59,852 nt of DNA, filler included, from Sphacelaria rigidula (GCA_964200075.2; 3 parts of 3 records of this genome joined end to end with filler, not necessarily neighbours in it); one strand, 5' to 3'. Counted from the whole stretch's first letter, positions 26,160 to 39,874 are shown. Notes: generated by a model not told the origin, from the letters alone. Numbers and translations: made by a program.

Positions 26160-29100
26160 ATGCCGCAACATGAGTACATGGAAGTACACAAGAAGCGCCA
26201 TGGAGAGCGAATGGATCGTGCAGAAAAGAGGTATTGTGGTGTTGGTGACTGGCAGCTGTGTTCTGCGTATATTGATGCTGCAGCGGTGGTGTATGGCCAG
26301 TGGGCGCCAGAGCTGAAGAAGTGTACCATCCTTTGTGAACAAGCGTACCTGAGCTGATACCTGCAGTGGCGCGTTTGTTTTGTGGGATTGCAATTCAAAT
26401 CACGACCCTGTCTGCTCTACATGATAGTTCTTGTCTTCTCTACGCGTGAATTCTGGTACGGCACTGGACTGCTGTCTGTACGACAGTATAGAGAACTGCC
26501 CTGTACCGTAGGTACGGCACAGCTGCGCCGTGCGGAGCGAAATTTAACCTTTTCAAACTTGGCCCAACTCGTTGCAATTGCGGCCTGAAAATGGAAATCC
26601 GCAAATTCTTTTGCAATGCAAGAACTTGCCATCTTTACATCACGACAGCATCCTCGTTGTTTCTGCCGGTGGCGTAGCGCGAACGCACTACTTTCCCACA
26701 ACACCGTGCATGAGGTGTCTTACAGGTTAGGTTGCGTCCACCCCAGACCGGATGGATTTTACGAGTAACGGTTTCATACAGTACGGGTTGCCCTCCCCTC
26801 CAAATTTGCAGCAGGGACCACTGTTCATGTTTAAGCACGTCGCAATTCTTCTTACGTTCGCTCCCGCTGCGTGGGCGATGCTGAGTGGTCCGTTCCGGCA
26901 TGTTCATTAGACGTAGACTCTGCGAAGTCGGGATATTTGCCATCATCTGCCGTTTCTCGTGGAGGCGTTAATAAGTGTTGCAATAGAAACGAAAATACTG
27001 TGTCTTATTCACTGTCCTCTATGCATCAGTTTCTTGACGGACAGTGCACGCCTCCAGTTCAACACGGAGTCATGTTGCTCCATCTCGTTTTCCGCGAGAG
27101 CGCGCCTTTCGTCTATCTCGATGCCACCCTTCAAACAATGCCACGTTCCGGTAGGGCGACCGCCCCTGTCTGGACAATAACTACTTTTAATGACGAGAAA
27201 ATCACGCAACACGTCATTCTCTGATGACCGTAATTTGCTGTTTTCAATACGCGAGCGTAGTCGTGGAAATGTGGGGCTTTTGACGATCGCTTCCTATGAT
27301 AAATTAACTCTTGAGCCCTAACCACCAGACAATTATCTTCGACTGTCATCGAAAAAGTGATCATGGCACAGATTCAACAGACACACGCGGGCCCTTTGGT
27401 GTCTACCTAATCCGGACACACAGTAAGTTTTCCCCAAAATTAGTCGGTCATCATCGCGTTCTGTCATCGATCGGTGCCGGACCATCCCCCAGAGACTGGA
27501 AACAAACTATTAATAGTTGCTGCACAGCGTGTTGAAGACTACGTTCGAGCTTATTCGGATATTTTCACGCAACGCACTATCTGTTTGATCGAAGGACAGA
27601 AATGTAGCGAGCGCCTGAACAAGATCGTGCAGCTCGAGTCTTATCTGCTGACAGTGAGCACGATGCACTTGGCTGCTGTTGGATTTGTTCGAAATTGAGA
27701 AATAAAACGATAGTTTGTCAAACGCGCGCTAAAAGCACCTCCATCAAGGATCAGCTCCAGCACGTCGTTTGTCAGTGACGAGTATGCCTTCTTGAATACC
27801 GAACGTGTTTGTTTCCATGGGAGACTCGTTTGTAGATCGGTAAGGGCGAAAGTCGGATCTATAATAGTGCGCACGTCTAGTGGGCCTTTTTTTCGTCACA
27901 GTTCAACTCTGTCCATCTTCCTCGAGACGGGTCCGTGGTCTCGAAGGAGCAACCCATCTCCCCCGCGGTACACGTCTTGCAGTTTGGTATCGTGGATTGG
28001 GTAGTACACCCCGCGCGATCGATTTATGACTTCCCATCTGTAGGTCTACAAGTGCTAAGCTCCCTTCTTTCCATTTTCTAGCAGCTTCATCTTCGATGAT
28101 CCTGATCTGGGTTGACAATACATGAATAATCTGTGAAATAACATAAGATACTAAAGCATTGATAGTAACGCCATGCGTGCTGATATCTAGTGCCGACTCC
28201 GAGAGAGGCAAAACAAAAAGCCAGACTCGTGTCGCATGGCTTGAGGTAAGAAGGCTGTACGAAATCAAGGTCGTGAAAGAAGTTTGCTACTCAGCTATCT
28301 ACGGATCGCACTTCATATTTGGGCACTCAGTCCTACCCACGAACTCTACACGAACGAGGCCCAGACAGTGATGTAGGAGAATAGGAAAAGGAAACACGAA
28401 AAAGGAAAGAAAGAAGAGGTGAAAATAAGGGACCGGAGAAATTCATCAAAGGAACTCGGAGACGAAGCAGCACGTGCACAAGAGCACAGCTAGGGAAAAG
28501 CGCGTAGGCTCTAAGCAAAGAAAAAAAGCCATTCTCACATTGCAGGCATGCGGCAAGAGGTACGATGCTGTGCGTCGTTTTTCGCTGCCTTTTGTGTGTT
28601 GTCGGCCTGCTGATTTCGCTGCTTACATGGTACACAAAATCGCCGTCATTAGACGTCTTGAGCACCCCTCAAACGTTAATATGCGTACAGTAGCAGATGC
28701 ATTTCATCGTGCTAGAGAAATTAGCAAGGTTGTGTTCGGTAGGGTATAACCGGAAGTGGGGGATTTTTGGTTGACATACTAAAACGTTAGTGGAGTGTGT
28801 AACGCACATTCAAGTATGGCTCGGCAGGGTATTGAGCCCTATTTCAAACGCTCTGGTAAGGTTCTGAAAGGCATTTTCTTATACAATACCTCCGTGAGAC
28901 TTATGTGAATACCTGATTTTTCAGCAGGTATACCCTATAGAACATAACCTTATGTAAATACCTGATTTTTCAGCAGGTATACCCTATAGAACATAACCTT
29001 GGAAATTAGTAATGCGTATGTGAAAGGGCAAATGAAATTATCGCAGCGTTATGAGCTTGTTTTTGCTAACCAGTGAACTGGTTGCAAGAAGGAATTACAA

Positions 29101-32100
29101 CCAGTTACAGTCATTAGTTGAAACTGGATAGCTGGCGGCGGAGCCGCCTCGCGACTCCGCCAGCATTGCCTGGTGAGGGGGCCTCGCCGGGGGCAAAAAA
29201 ATACGCCATTTGGCTTCATATCTTTTCAACATCGCGGTAAATTCTAGCCGCCTAGCGCCAACAATTCCAGCACGTAATCGGTGCACAAAAAACATGCACG
29301 TATGGGGGAAAAGAAATACCACTGAACCTTGCGACGTGACTCAAAAACGTAGCGATGGGACAGTAGTGCAGCATAGATAGCGCTCCGAGTGTACCACCAA
29401 AGCGCCAAGAACCTTTTGAGTACCCTGCTGTCCACAGAATATGTGTACCTCTGGAGGGCATTGACATGTGCCATTTTTTCACGAGGTGTTCGCGTTCTTC
29501 GTCTTTAGTGCTTGCTTTCTGCGAAAGTCGTGTTGCTGAGATCGACGGGGACGTCATCGCTTCCTTCATTGCAGCTGCTGCTTCTGCTGCTCGTATTATG
29601 ATCTTTTGTCTGCGATATTCTTGTCCACGTTCAGGTGTGTGCGCTGTGTCGTCATGTGCTCGCCTCTGTAACATCCCCAAGTTCATTGCAGTACGACAAT
29701 ACATCATAAATATTGATTTGAGTATGACACATACGTACACATAACGCGTTGGATTATGACACACATGTTGAGTGAAATAGCTGTTTCAAGTGTTTACAAA
29801 ACCGATCAATTAACCAGTTTTACCAGTTGACTGTAACTAGTCAGTTAAACTGGTAGCCAGTTCACAACACTCATCCATCGGGTTTTAAGATTTCGTTTTA
29901 TGCCTGTTATCTGAATGCCGCAGTGACCATCAGGACGCTGGGATCCTCATGAGCGCATCTATACACGCACACAGTCGCCTGGATTGTGGGTGAAGGAATC
30001 CTCCACAAGTGGAACGTATGCATTCGCATGACGTTTTCCCTCCGGTTTTTTCTGGAAATTTCGCGAGAATTAGAAACAACTCCATAGGGCTATGTTCAAC
30101 ATTCAAACTTCGGCTTCTCAAGAAATTTTGCGAGCAAAGCAGGGGTTTCGCACGCCGCACGCGCGACGTCGTCTAGCCAATCTTTCGAGCCCGCATCCTA
30201 ATTGCTTTGAATGATTAGAGTTGACAATCCCTCGTAAGTTCGATTCTCGGACGGATGGTAGGGGCATGAAGAAAAAGGGGGATTCTACGAAATCGTTGAA
30301 ACTGCGAAGTGATCTACAGGGTGGGCGGATATGAACGCTAGTTGGACACTGATGCTCACAGGATATTCTCAACATTAGTTTCAGCAGTAGAATTTGCAAA
30401 TAGTCTTCCCATGACCCGTCATGTATCGTCCTGTTGTGTGCTGCCCGGATCGGCGTCAACACGATAGCTGCGCCGACCACACCTTCGTTTCCCACCGTGG
30501 TTGCTATCGATGCGAAATGTTCACTCTGTCGCTCCACATTTCTATTAACAAGACGCTAGAGCATACAATCCTACTCTCTGAAACTTGCTCAACTGATCTC
30601 TGAGAGTATCACTCAAATGGCACTCTGAATTTCAAACAACAGCGGATTACGTCAGCAGTTACTGTAGTCGAGTGTACTGAACGGCTTGTTTCACGACTTG
30701 AATTCACACCAACACTCCCTATTTTCTACTAGGAATTAGGTGACCACTTTCATGAAAGGACAGTGACAGCAGCATGAGTGTTTCCAGATGCCATGCAGTA
30801 TACGATGACATCGATACGGAAGCGATGTGTAGGCGTGTGGAGTGCGGTATAGAGCTGTCGATGAAAATCTGCGGCAGGCACAACAGTGTTGCGGGAAGTT
30901 GGTGTACACGGATTCAAAATTGGACACCGATGTTGCAATGTTGTGATGCTGCGTGTACACTACGTGCTCCTCAACTATTTTCAGATGATACGAGAGTGTG
31001 TGGGTCTTCAGGCGCTCTTATTCGCGCCCCATATCGGCGTCGCCACATACAGACACTTTCAGGTTACGCTCAGACGCTGTTTTCTCATTGAACACATCCT
31101 TTGCCGAACGACAGGAGGGTGTATAGAATTTAACCGTTGCTCACTTTCCCTCAAATTCATACTTCTACTCTTGATATTTTTAGTGTGAAGAAGTTAGATG
31201 CATTCGCTGGCGGGAGGAAATTCGCCCTTTGATCGCAAGACCGTGCCGGATACACGCGAAAATGAACACCTCTTGAAAATAGATGGAGATACCCCAATAA
31301 TTCAAGCCACAATGCCTCTTACCAGGTATCGGCGAGAAGTGAGGATTTGTGTTGAACATCGCATAGACAGTATCTTGGCGTTGTTCCACGATGACTATTG
31401 CATTGCTCTTTTCTCTCGTCATGGCACTAGTTGTGGAAACATGACTCACCGTGTATATACACCTTGTCCACCGGTAGAGCCGGTCGTAAAATGTTGCTGT
31501 TGCTCTCTCGGCGTTGCCCTGGTGTTGTAAAAGATGCCTTGATCAAGGTCTCTGGCGTTGGATGTGAAACGCGTTTTCTGTCAATCACGAATGAATCGGC
31601 ACAGCATGCCAATATTAGTTTTCCAGTACAGGTGGCACAGCGCACTGTACCAGCCACCAGCCTATCCCCCAGTGCCAGTCATCAGCCCGCACCGCACCAC
31701 ACCACAACACACTGTCGCCCCGTCTCCGCTCTTGGCCGCGCTCTACTGGGGTCGTGCCCTTACGCACAAGCCCGTGGTTGCACCCGGACACTGGCACACG
31801 GTAGACCCGTCGCGCCAAGCCCGAAATCGACAAAATTACCGCCACGCTGCACATCTTCGATTCATCATAGTTCCCATATCACATGAATAGCCCCAAACTC
31901 ATCCCCTCCACCCTCCCAAGAAGTTGGTGCACGATACCATCGGTGGGCTATATTGTTCCCGTAGTGGGCGTCGCGGTCGAGAAGCTGTACAGTCTGCCAT
32001 CAAATAGACGCTACTGCACAGTGCTTCCCACATAGCTGCTGAGCTACAAAAATACATCCAAATGTGATGAGCGTCCTACACGAGCGAGGGTGATTATCTC

Positions 32101-35100
32101 GCAAACTCGCTCCGAATTGACAAGCATGGGTTGGGCAACCCGGCCCCGGCCCACAGGTCTTTCTGACTGCCTCCACGTCAACCGGCCTCAAAACCAATCA
32201 TATTGGGCGACGTCCTGTATTAACGTAATCCATGTCGTGAAGGGCACACAGGTGTAGATAGGTCCGGTGAAACATGGAAGGACCTGGTATCATTAATATC
32301 ACATACCAAAATGTAGAGTTCCAAGAGAGCTATGGGGTCGTCCTGAACTCCGGCGCCTGAAGGGCCAAGCACATGTGTAGATGCGTCTTGAAAGTTTATG
32401 CGAGCAGCAGCATAGGCGTCGATCGTGGTATGTACGTCTCCACTTTTCGTGTCTGGCTCATTCTCGTCTGCTTCTGTACCGGGCATTTTTGGTTGTCAAG
32501 CCATCTCACAAGCGCCCTCGTTGTTCGCCCAACTTGTTGGCGCCACTCCACTTGAAAGGCGAAAGAAGGAAGCCAGAGAAGTCCACAAGCGATCAGAGTT
32601 TGCACAGAAGGTGCACGGAATTCGCGCGAAGCTGTACCAGCGAAAACGGTTCAAGGAGAAGGCCACCATGCGAAAAACGTGAGTCCGAAGATGACGGACT
32701 GGCAGTACGTTGTACGTTGCGCGGGGCTTAATTTACTGGGAAGTTTGTGTTGCTGTTTGATATGGCGCGCGAAACCGCAGTTGTTTGAGCAGAGAAGCAA
32801 TTTCTAACACGTGATGTCCCCGTTCAACCTACGATCCATGAATTTGCGTGTTTTGTAAGCACCATGTCACTACGGATAGGGCCGCGGATACGAAAGGGTG
32901 TTTGTTGGTGTGAATTTGTTCGTTTCGCGATATCCAGCGAGCGATGCAGAAACGAATACAAGCAGTACATTACGACTACTGCCCTGTACATCGGGGATAT
33001 ATTTGTCCATCTTCCCATGGTCCGTCTCGTTCGGGAGTGATGCATAAGAACGTGCTTGTTTCAGCTTATTTCAGCATGCCTCTTGCTCACCTTTTCCCGT
33101 ATTATGGGATACCCTTACCCTTGTCCGCAACAGCATCGCCATGCATCAGGAGCGAACAAACAAGCACGCCAACGATGATGCTGTACCGGATGGTGCTGTA
33201 CCAGCGTACTTGCTGGATCGCGAAGGGGTTAGCAGGGCTAAAGTCCTGAGCAATACTGTGAAGCAAAAACGCAAAGAAAAGGCGGGAAAGTGGGACGTGC
33301 CGATTCCTAAGGTGTGCGCAGGTCGTGTGTAGAAAGTGTGTACAATATACGCCTTCGTAGAACGTCAAGCCTTTATGTCTAGATATGTAAATACATGAGC
33401 ATCGGCCTGAACACCTTCGGTATGCAGCTTGCCATAGCGTGTATCATCAGGATATGTTGCTTCACTCTATATACTGCGCTGAATCGTCGTGAAAAAGATC
33501 TGCATAGCATCGGCGGTAGTTTAAAGTGCGTCCAGTCGACCTGGCACCCGTGGCCTCTGTATCATTTCTGGTGTCATTATGATTAATGCTGGCCCACGAC
33601 ACGCCTGACCCACTGCACACACGTTCCCTGTGATCCTAAATTCAAGTACATCACAGTGCTGCTCTGGAGTCACAGCGAAACCACGTCTAAGCGCAGTACA
33701 AGCATACGAGGAAATGTTGGTACATGCCGTACTGCGCAACGCTCGATTCCATGGTAGCTCTCGGTACCCAGTCTTGTCAAGACTGACAAATGAGCCCTCC
33801 TGCCTTCTTGCTCGCCAACAATACTGTTTTGTCACGTCCGTCCAAACGTGGTGGCCGTGCCCAACAGTGGACTTCGTCCATCTCTTTTTGCTTGTGCGGG
33901 TTAACAGTGTCGTTGCTCCCCTTGTATATGTGCAGTGATGGATGCTGACACTTTTTTTTATTGGTCCGTTTTGGATGTAGTAACTGGCCTCCGCGCTCCG
34001 GTGGTGTAATGGCACACCTGCACTATCAGAGTGGAAAGAACGCGGGTCTGATTTACGTCGTTGGAAGCGTGATCCCGTGATGACGTACGTGAGTAGGAAG
34101 AATAGTTTGTTTGACCGGGTTTACTTGAAGAGATCACCGCGGTGCGGTAGTTTTGATCGAATCCATGATACTAGCATGCAAGGCGTGTGCCGGGGGAGAG
34201 GGAGAGAGATGGGTTGATTGCTGCCCTCGAGACCACGGCCTCGTCCTCAGCAAGGGGAGCGGTTGAAGTGGCGCGGGAAAGAGTCAACATGTGTGCATCG
34301 TGCGCGACCGCTGCCTAAAACTTGAACTCAGGTCAAGCCAGTGGCCGATGACGAAATGTTCAAGGTTTTACGCAGCGGGAAACGGAAAAACAAGGCGTGG
34401 AAACGGATGGTCACCAAGGTACGGCTTATGAATTACACGCACAGCTATTCGCCTGGTGTCAAAGTAGGCGGGGGGCGTGCGTGCATTGCCACCTCGTACG
34501 GTACAAAGGAGTTCAATCACGATTTCGCATGGCTTGTATGTGCACTTACAGTATAGTTGCATTTTATGGCGTGTTTAATGCGATTTGAGACGATAATCTC
34601 TTTTGGGACGGGGCACACGTTAAACTGTCAGTCCTTTTACACAACGTGACATACACCCGCTTGCCCCTCGACGAGACAACAGAACTGTAGGTTGCAGTTT
34701 GTTTCAAGTTTGTGCAAACTGTCATGTAAGACGCGCTGGTGGTTTTTGTGTCGCTTCGTTTAGTTCGATTACGTTTCAATCCATCGGTCATGATTTAACC
34801 TGGTATAGAGCAGCGTCGACCCGGAGCCGAGCACCAGCTCGAGGTGTCGCTACCCCAGTAGACCAATATTGCAGAGAAGTCGACGTGGGCACGTTTTTAA
34901 CAACGTCGCTGAGATCCATGTCTGACACATTTTCAGCAAAATATCGTCAGCTGCCTTTTCCACCTATTGCCATGTATCGACGGTCTGAATAGGTTACCTT
35001 CGTAGGAGAAGGCTTCACGCGGAAGGCACCGAAATATGAGCGGTTCATTCGGCCCAGTGGTCTTCGCTTCAAGAAGGCCCACGTGACGCACCCAGAGTTG

Positions 35101-35166
35101 AAGGCCACCTTCCACCTTGACATCCTTGGGGTAAAAAAGAATCCGAGCTCTCCTCTTTACACCCAG
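26160..35166 (+). CDS. NSA2: Ribosome biogenesis protein NSA2, exons 1-5 (C-terminal exon beyond contig end)
   Basis: Phase-consistent exons 26160-26230, 32559-32678, 33134-33311, 34332-34418, 34993-35166 encode [103 protein letters not shown], characteristic of NSA2. Confidence 0.97.
27893..28025 (-). mobile_element. SINE family A, 3' fragment
   Basis: cttcctcgagacgggtccgtggtctcgaaggagcaacccatctccccgcggtacacg is homologous to 1935-2040. Confidence 0.7.
28900..29000. repeat. 49-bp tandem duplication
   Basis: cttatgt(g/a)aatacctgatttttcagcaggtataccctatagaacataac occurs twice in tandem with one mismatch. Confidence 0.95.
29065..29870 (-). mobile_element. hAT transposon relic with C-terminal dimerisation-domain trace
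   Basis: aaccagtt/aactgg subterminal repeats at both ends, right end rc agtgttgtgaactgg. Minus frame [23 protein letters not shown]...FSPIRA resembles the hAT dimerisation region (LxWW...YPxL..A). Confidence 0.5.
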
Positions 35167-36885
35167 GTATGTTTCCGAAGCTTCACTACGTCACTGTGGA
35201 GCGTCATTTAGAAGCAGCTGGAGTCCTCTCTAAGTCGTTGAAAGTAACGCCTCTGATCAAACATGACACGCTGGGTGCCGAAGCGTCCGCTGGCAGTGAT
35301 CGCCCTTATCGTTGAGCGTAGCTTTGTTCGGGCCGCGGAAGGTTGAGGTCTGCCTCCGGACGAAATTCAAAATTCCATATCAGCATCACTACGATCCACC
35401 ATCACGGGAGGCACTTCCATATATTGTTTTGTGATGAATGATATTTGCCCTACATCACACTTGAAAAAAACCCCTCCACAAGCGGCTTTTCAGTCATAAA
35501 AAAGGTCCCATCGTAGTATCGTGTCAATGAAGGAGGCGTCCTCTGCACACGCAGCACCCTCAGCTCAACGTCAGAGTATACTAAATAAACCTACAAAAGG
35601 GGACGTTGGACGTTGGACACACATCGCTCACATCCGTTATCAACAATGCCCACAGTTGTGCTGCTATAGTGATGGTACATACCGGTCACCCCAAATTGTG
35701 TAATCAGCAAATGCCTTCCGCAATACCTACCCAGTGGTCGCACATGCAGTATCACACTGACGACCGGCCATGAACAAACGAAGAGGGTGACCTAACGTCA
35801 TTTTTGTTTACGGCCATAGCAGTGGCGCTATTCAAGGGCCAAGACGTACTTGGATCAATCGGCGCCCTTCAAATTGTTCTGAAAATGAGAATACAAATTC
35901 CCAACCTATTAATAGTTTCTACCCAATCTCCCTATGCTTCAAGTTGTAGTGGCCGCCATCAGCTCGGGATTCCAACTGTGAAGGTAGATTTGAAAACGGT
36001 TGCTATGGGATCGACTTATACCCCACACTGCGGCATTTCGGTCATGCGGGAATTTGGCGTCGTCTGATTTCCACTGATCATAAATAGACATCAAAGACCT
36101 AGAAAGTGTCCTGACAGTTTTCCATATATCTGTCGTCAACAAGCTCCGGCCGCCCGCAAACTTGGCAGTTCGGTGGATATTGGTGCTTGAAATATAAAAA
36201 CGTATTATCGAGTATCTCGAAGTTTCTCTGCTCTTGACGGGCTTCCGGGGGTCTTCACGCTGAGACCTTAGAAGCCCGGTCCAAAGTATTGAAAAAAAAC
36301 AAATTGCGTCCCGGGGTAGTCCAAGGAACATATGTACAAAGTTTGATTGCAAAACTCGAAAATCTGATGCAGTTTCCCTCGCACAAAGTTGAACATCCCG
36401 AGAAATACGTTTTCAGTCAAACATCAAGTAGTTTGGAGTTTGCCCGTTTCAAGTTGACTCCATCGCACAAAATCATTGGCCGATTATTGCAGTTGAAATT
36501 CTGAAACTTTGCGTACGCATGCTATGAGACATGTCAAAACTCAGCATGAGTGCGGTCTTTCGATTTTTTTCTCACACCTGTTACCGGGGTTCTCGGAAGG
36601 GTATGCGGCTCCACAGGACCTTGGGACCCCTGATACCTGGCGAAAAGAAGGAAATCGAAAGACCCCCTTGACACAAGTTTCGTGATGTTTCATAGTATAA
36701 AGTGTGCAATTTTGTAGAGTCTTAACTCCAAGAAAGGGCGTGAATATTATTCGCGGATGAGAGGATTTCGCGTGATGAGCGTGAATCAGCCTGTACCATA
36801 TCGTACTGTGTGCTTGTTGCATTGATGCCAGTAGGCCAATTTTGCGTGTTTTAAGTTCCAGTTCGGATTGAATGTGGGCACATGA

Positions 36886-37385
36886 GGCCGCTCCTTACAG
36901 CGGACGAGAAAAAAAATCTGAAGAACTTATTTTATGGAACTTCTACATCTTTTGACGCCTCAAACGAGAGCTGGACGGATTTTGACACCTTGGAATGCCT
37001 TGCTGTACTCGTTGAGCCGGTTCCAGCACACCTGTACATTTTCCCGGTGGTGGCAGTTTTTTCCTTGCCCGAACTTGCAGTTTTCTCGGAGACTGACCGT
37101 TTTTCTCGAAGATCAATCAAGTCCTTAAAAACTTGCGAACTTTTGTGGACTTTCCCGGTCTACGAGAAAAATCACCGGTCTCCGTGAAAAATGCAAGGTT
37201 GGGCGAGGGAAAAACTGTCACAACCGGAAAAATGCGCAGGTGTGCTGGAACTGTCTCAACGAGTACCGCAAGGCATTCCAAGGTGTCAAACTCCGCCTAG
37301 CTAGTTCTCTTTTAGGGCGTGAAATGTCGTAGCTCCAAAAGGCACTTTTCCAGATTTTTATTATTGTCTGCTATAAGGAGCGGCC
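36886..37385. mobile_element. 500-bp foldback MITE, PIF/Harbinger-like
   Basis: TIRs ggccgctccttacagcggac / gtctgctataaggagcggcc. TGA duplicated on both sides (36883-85, 37386-88). The arms stay complementary for ~230 bp. Confidence 0.85.
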
Positions 37386-39561
37386 TGAGCACCCCCCATT
37401 TCATGCATGTTGCAAAAACTACGGAAACAGGCCTACTCCCTGGCGCACAAATGAGGCTTACCGCTTCTAAACGTCGTCATTCATTCTTACGTGGGGTGGA
37501 AAGAGCTGCATATTACGCTACACTTTTGACTCGAGCCTTTTCTAGTAGCGGCGCGTGTCACGATATCGGCCGCCCAGGTCACAACTTCGCGCGGTGAATC
37601 CCAACTACTCGATCTTATACAGGTACGTACGTGTCGTAGCTTTTCGCCTCCAAATAGAATCGGCAGACGTGAACACTTGTTCGAGAGTGGTTTACAATGC
37701 ATACTCAGCCCGTCTGCCAGGTTGCAGGCAATCCGCTGATCATGGCGCACTGTTTTTTTTGTCTGCTTGTAATTTTTCGTGCAGGAACCACAAGATCAAA
37801 GATGATTAGTGTGTATACTTGTGTCTGATCTCGACTTCCTGCGCACGCTTTCCATGGAGACGATTTCGATACCCCAAGTTACTTTAGTATGGAAGACCGC
37901 ACACGATTAGTGATGGTTTAACAGGGTCCTGTGGAGATGAATGCTACCTGAGCGCAAACGTCATGGATCGTGGATTGTGGCATTCGTAGGTTCCATGTAT
38001 CAATAGACGTGCAGACCTTCACTGCGCGCGCCCAGCACGCTGCGATCCTACACCCTTTATTTATTTTCAAGGCGTTGAAATTCATCTGTGCGGTTCTTTG
38101 ATAAGCTTTCCTGTTCTCCGTCAACCGTGCCTCCTTGTCAGCATGAACTACTCGTCTCAACTGTTTGCGATTTTCGCGGTATTTATCCTCTTTCTTTTGA
38201 TTGAAGACAAAACTGCCGACACCGTTGGCACCTTTCTGAATTTTGGTCGGGACAGAAATTCATGAACTTCGCGGAGTAAACCTCAACTGGTTGAGCGCCA
38301 AGCCTCGATTCTCTGCAGTTTCTCCCGTTGATTCGAAGGGGGATGCTATCGGGATATATGATGCCATACTTGAATCAAAGCAATGACGGGCCATTTACTC
38401 GCTGTTGAACTGGGCAAATATGGAGTCCTGAATCTAACCCGGAAATCGAACGAAGTTTTTCCCTCAGACGACCAACATGTTCACATTTGCCTACCCCCAG
38501 CTAGTGCCAGTTCAGACGTGGGCTTTTCGCGCAAGAGCGCGAGCTCAAATAGCGTACGTCCGGGAGATATATTATATTCCTTATTTCAGTCCTAACTTGT
38601 GTGACGGATGGTACAGCAGTGAAGTCTGTAGCGTGGCGTGTACGGCACGGCTCGTGAGTGGGGCCGGTGGATGGTACAGTACAGTTGTGAGCGCGCTTGA
38701 CCCCCCAAATTCGGCGAAATTTTTTTCACCGACCAAAAACACGAAGAGACCGCAAATATTGTTTAGCCCCTGATGATGCACGCCATAAAACCACCCAAAG
38801 TACTTGTGATTTGTGTGGGGTTTCCACTTCACGGTCTTGCATTTTTCTCCTCCCAGCCAACGAACCACGGCGCGCTCGGCTACTCACCGGCGTGTATGTG
38901 TCTAAGCTACAGCTTCTAGCCAGCGTTTCGCGAAAGAAGTTACGGTGATCGAGAAAGTAGCAGAAAAACTTTTCCCACCAGTTGGTTGATCATAAAACTC
39001 GGATTCTGGTGAGATGGAGAATCTCCTGGCACCAAGTTGTAGCTGTGGTTTTGGCGCAGATGATGCAAAAAATCGTATCGCAATCGACGGCCTTGGCAAT
39101 GAGGACTCTGGAAAGCGGTTTGGGCAGCGCAAACAAGCGCCTCCAACCCTCGCGAGTTTCCATGACACGAAAACATGACCGCTGCGCAATGGCCTCAGAA
39201 TAGATTGCACCCATGAATGACTCCTGATACTGGTACAAACGACAGTGGTAATGTAGTGCAGATGACTTTTCACGCCATGAACATGATACTTCATCGGACT
39301 CCGAAGATGTTTGCGTTTCGACAGGAGATGGAAACAAACCGCCATCATGTGCGTGATCCGTCAGTGCGAAGTACGAGCTGGGCCAGTCTAGAGGCGGATT
39401 GGAAGTTTGCAGGCGAATGCGCCGGCCAATATTTAGAGTTGGACCCTGAAATTTGGTATGGACAATGCATACGGCAAAGCAAAAAATCGATAAGAAGCAT
39501 CAGAGTTTTTTCTTTGGTGAGTTAAGGGCGTTTTGCTGATGCCTGAGAACTGATTATTGCA

Positions 39562-39874
39562 CAGGCACCGTAGGTAACGTACCATACCGAGCGTACCCCC
39601 GGTATTTACCGGGGTATCCCATACCGTGGTATGCGTAGGTATCGTAGGTATGACATTTCAAAATGCCGGATTGGGCCGGTACGGTAGGTATTGAAATCTC
39701 GAAAAACCCTGGCATCGTAGGTATCGTAGGTATGAGCTTTCAAAATACCAGATTGGGTGGGTACGGTAGGTATTGGAACCTCGAAATACCGTGGTATCGT
39801 AGGTGTCGTAGGTACGGCATTTCAAAATACCGGATTTGGCGGGTACGGTAAGTATTGAAATCTCGAAATACCGT
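39562..39874. repeat. ~82-bp tandem repeat, at least 3 units (starts ~39621, 39704, 39786, 39868), probably a TE subterminal array running off the contig end
   Basis: Unit ataccgtggtatcgtaggtatcgtaggtatg..tttcaaaataccggatt.ggcgggtacggtaggtattgaaatctcgaa. The element starts caggcaccgtaggt. Confidence 0.85.

Noticed and set aside
39621-39874. Repeat array as a CRISPR-like locus
   Set aside because: Whole 82-bp units are repeated with no unique spacers, the context is eukaryotic, and no cas genes are present.
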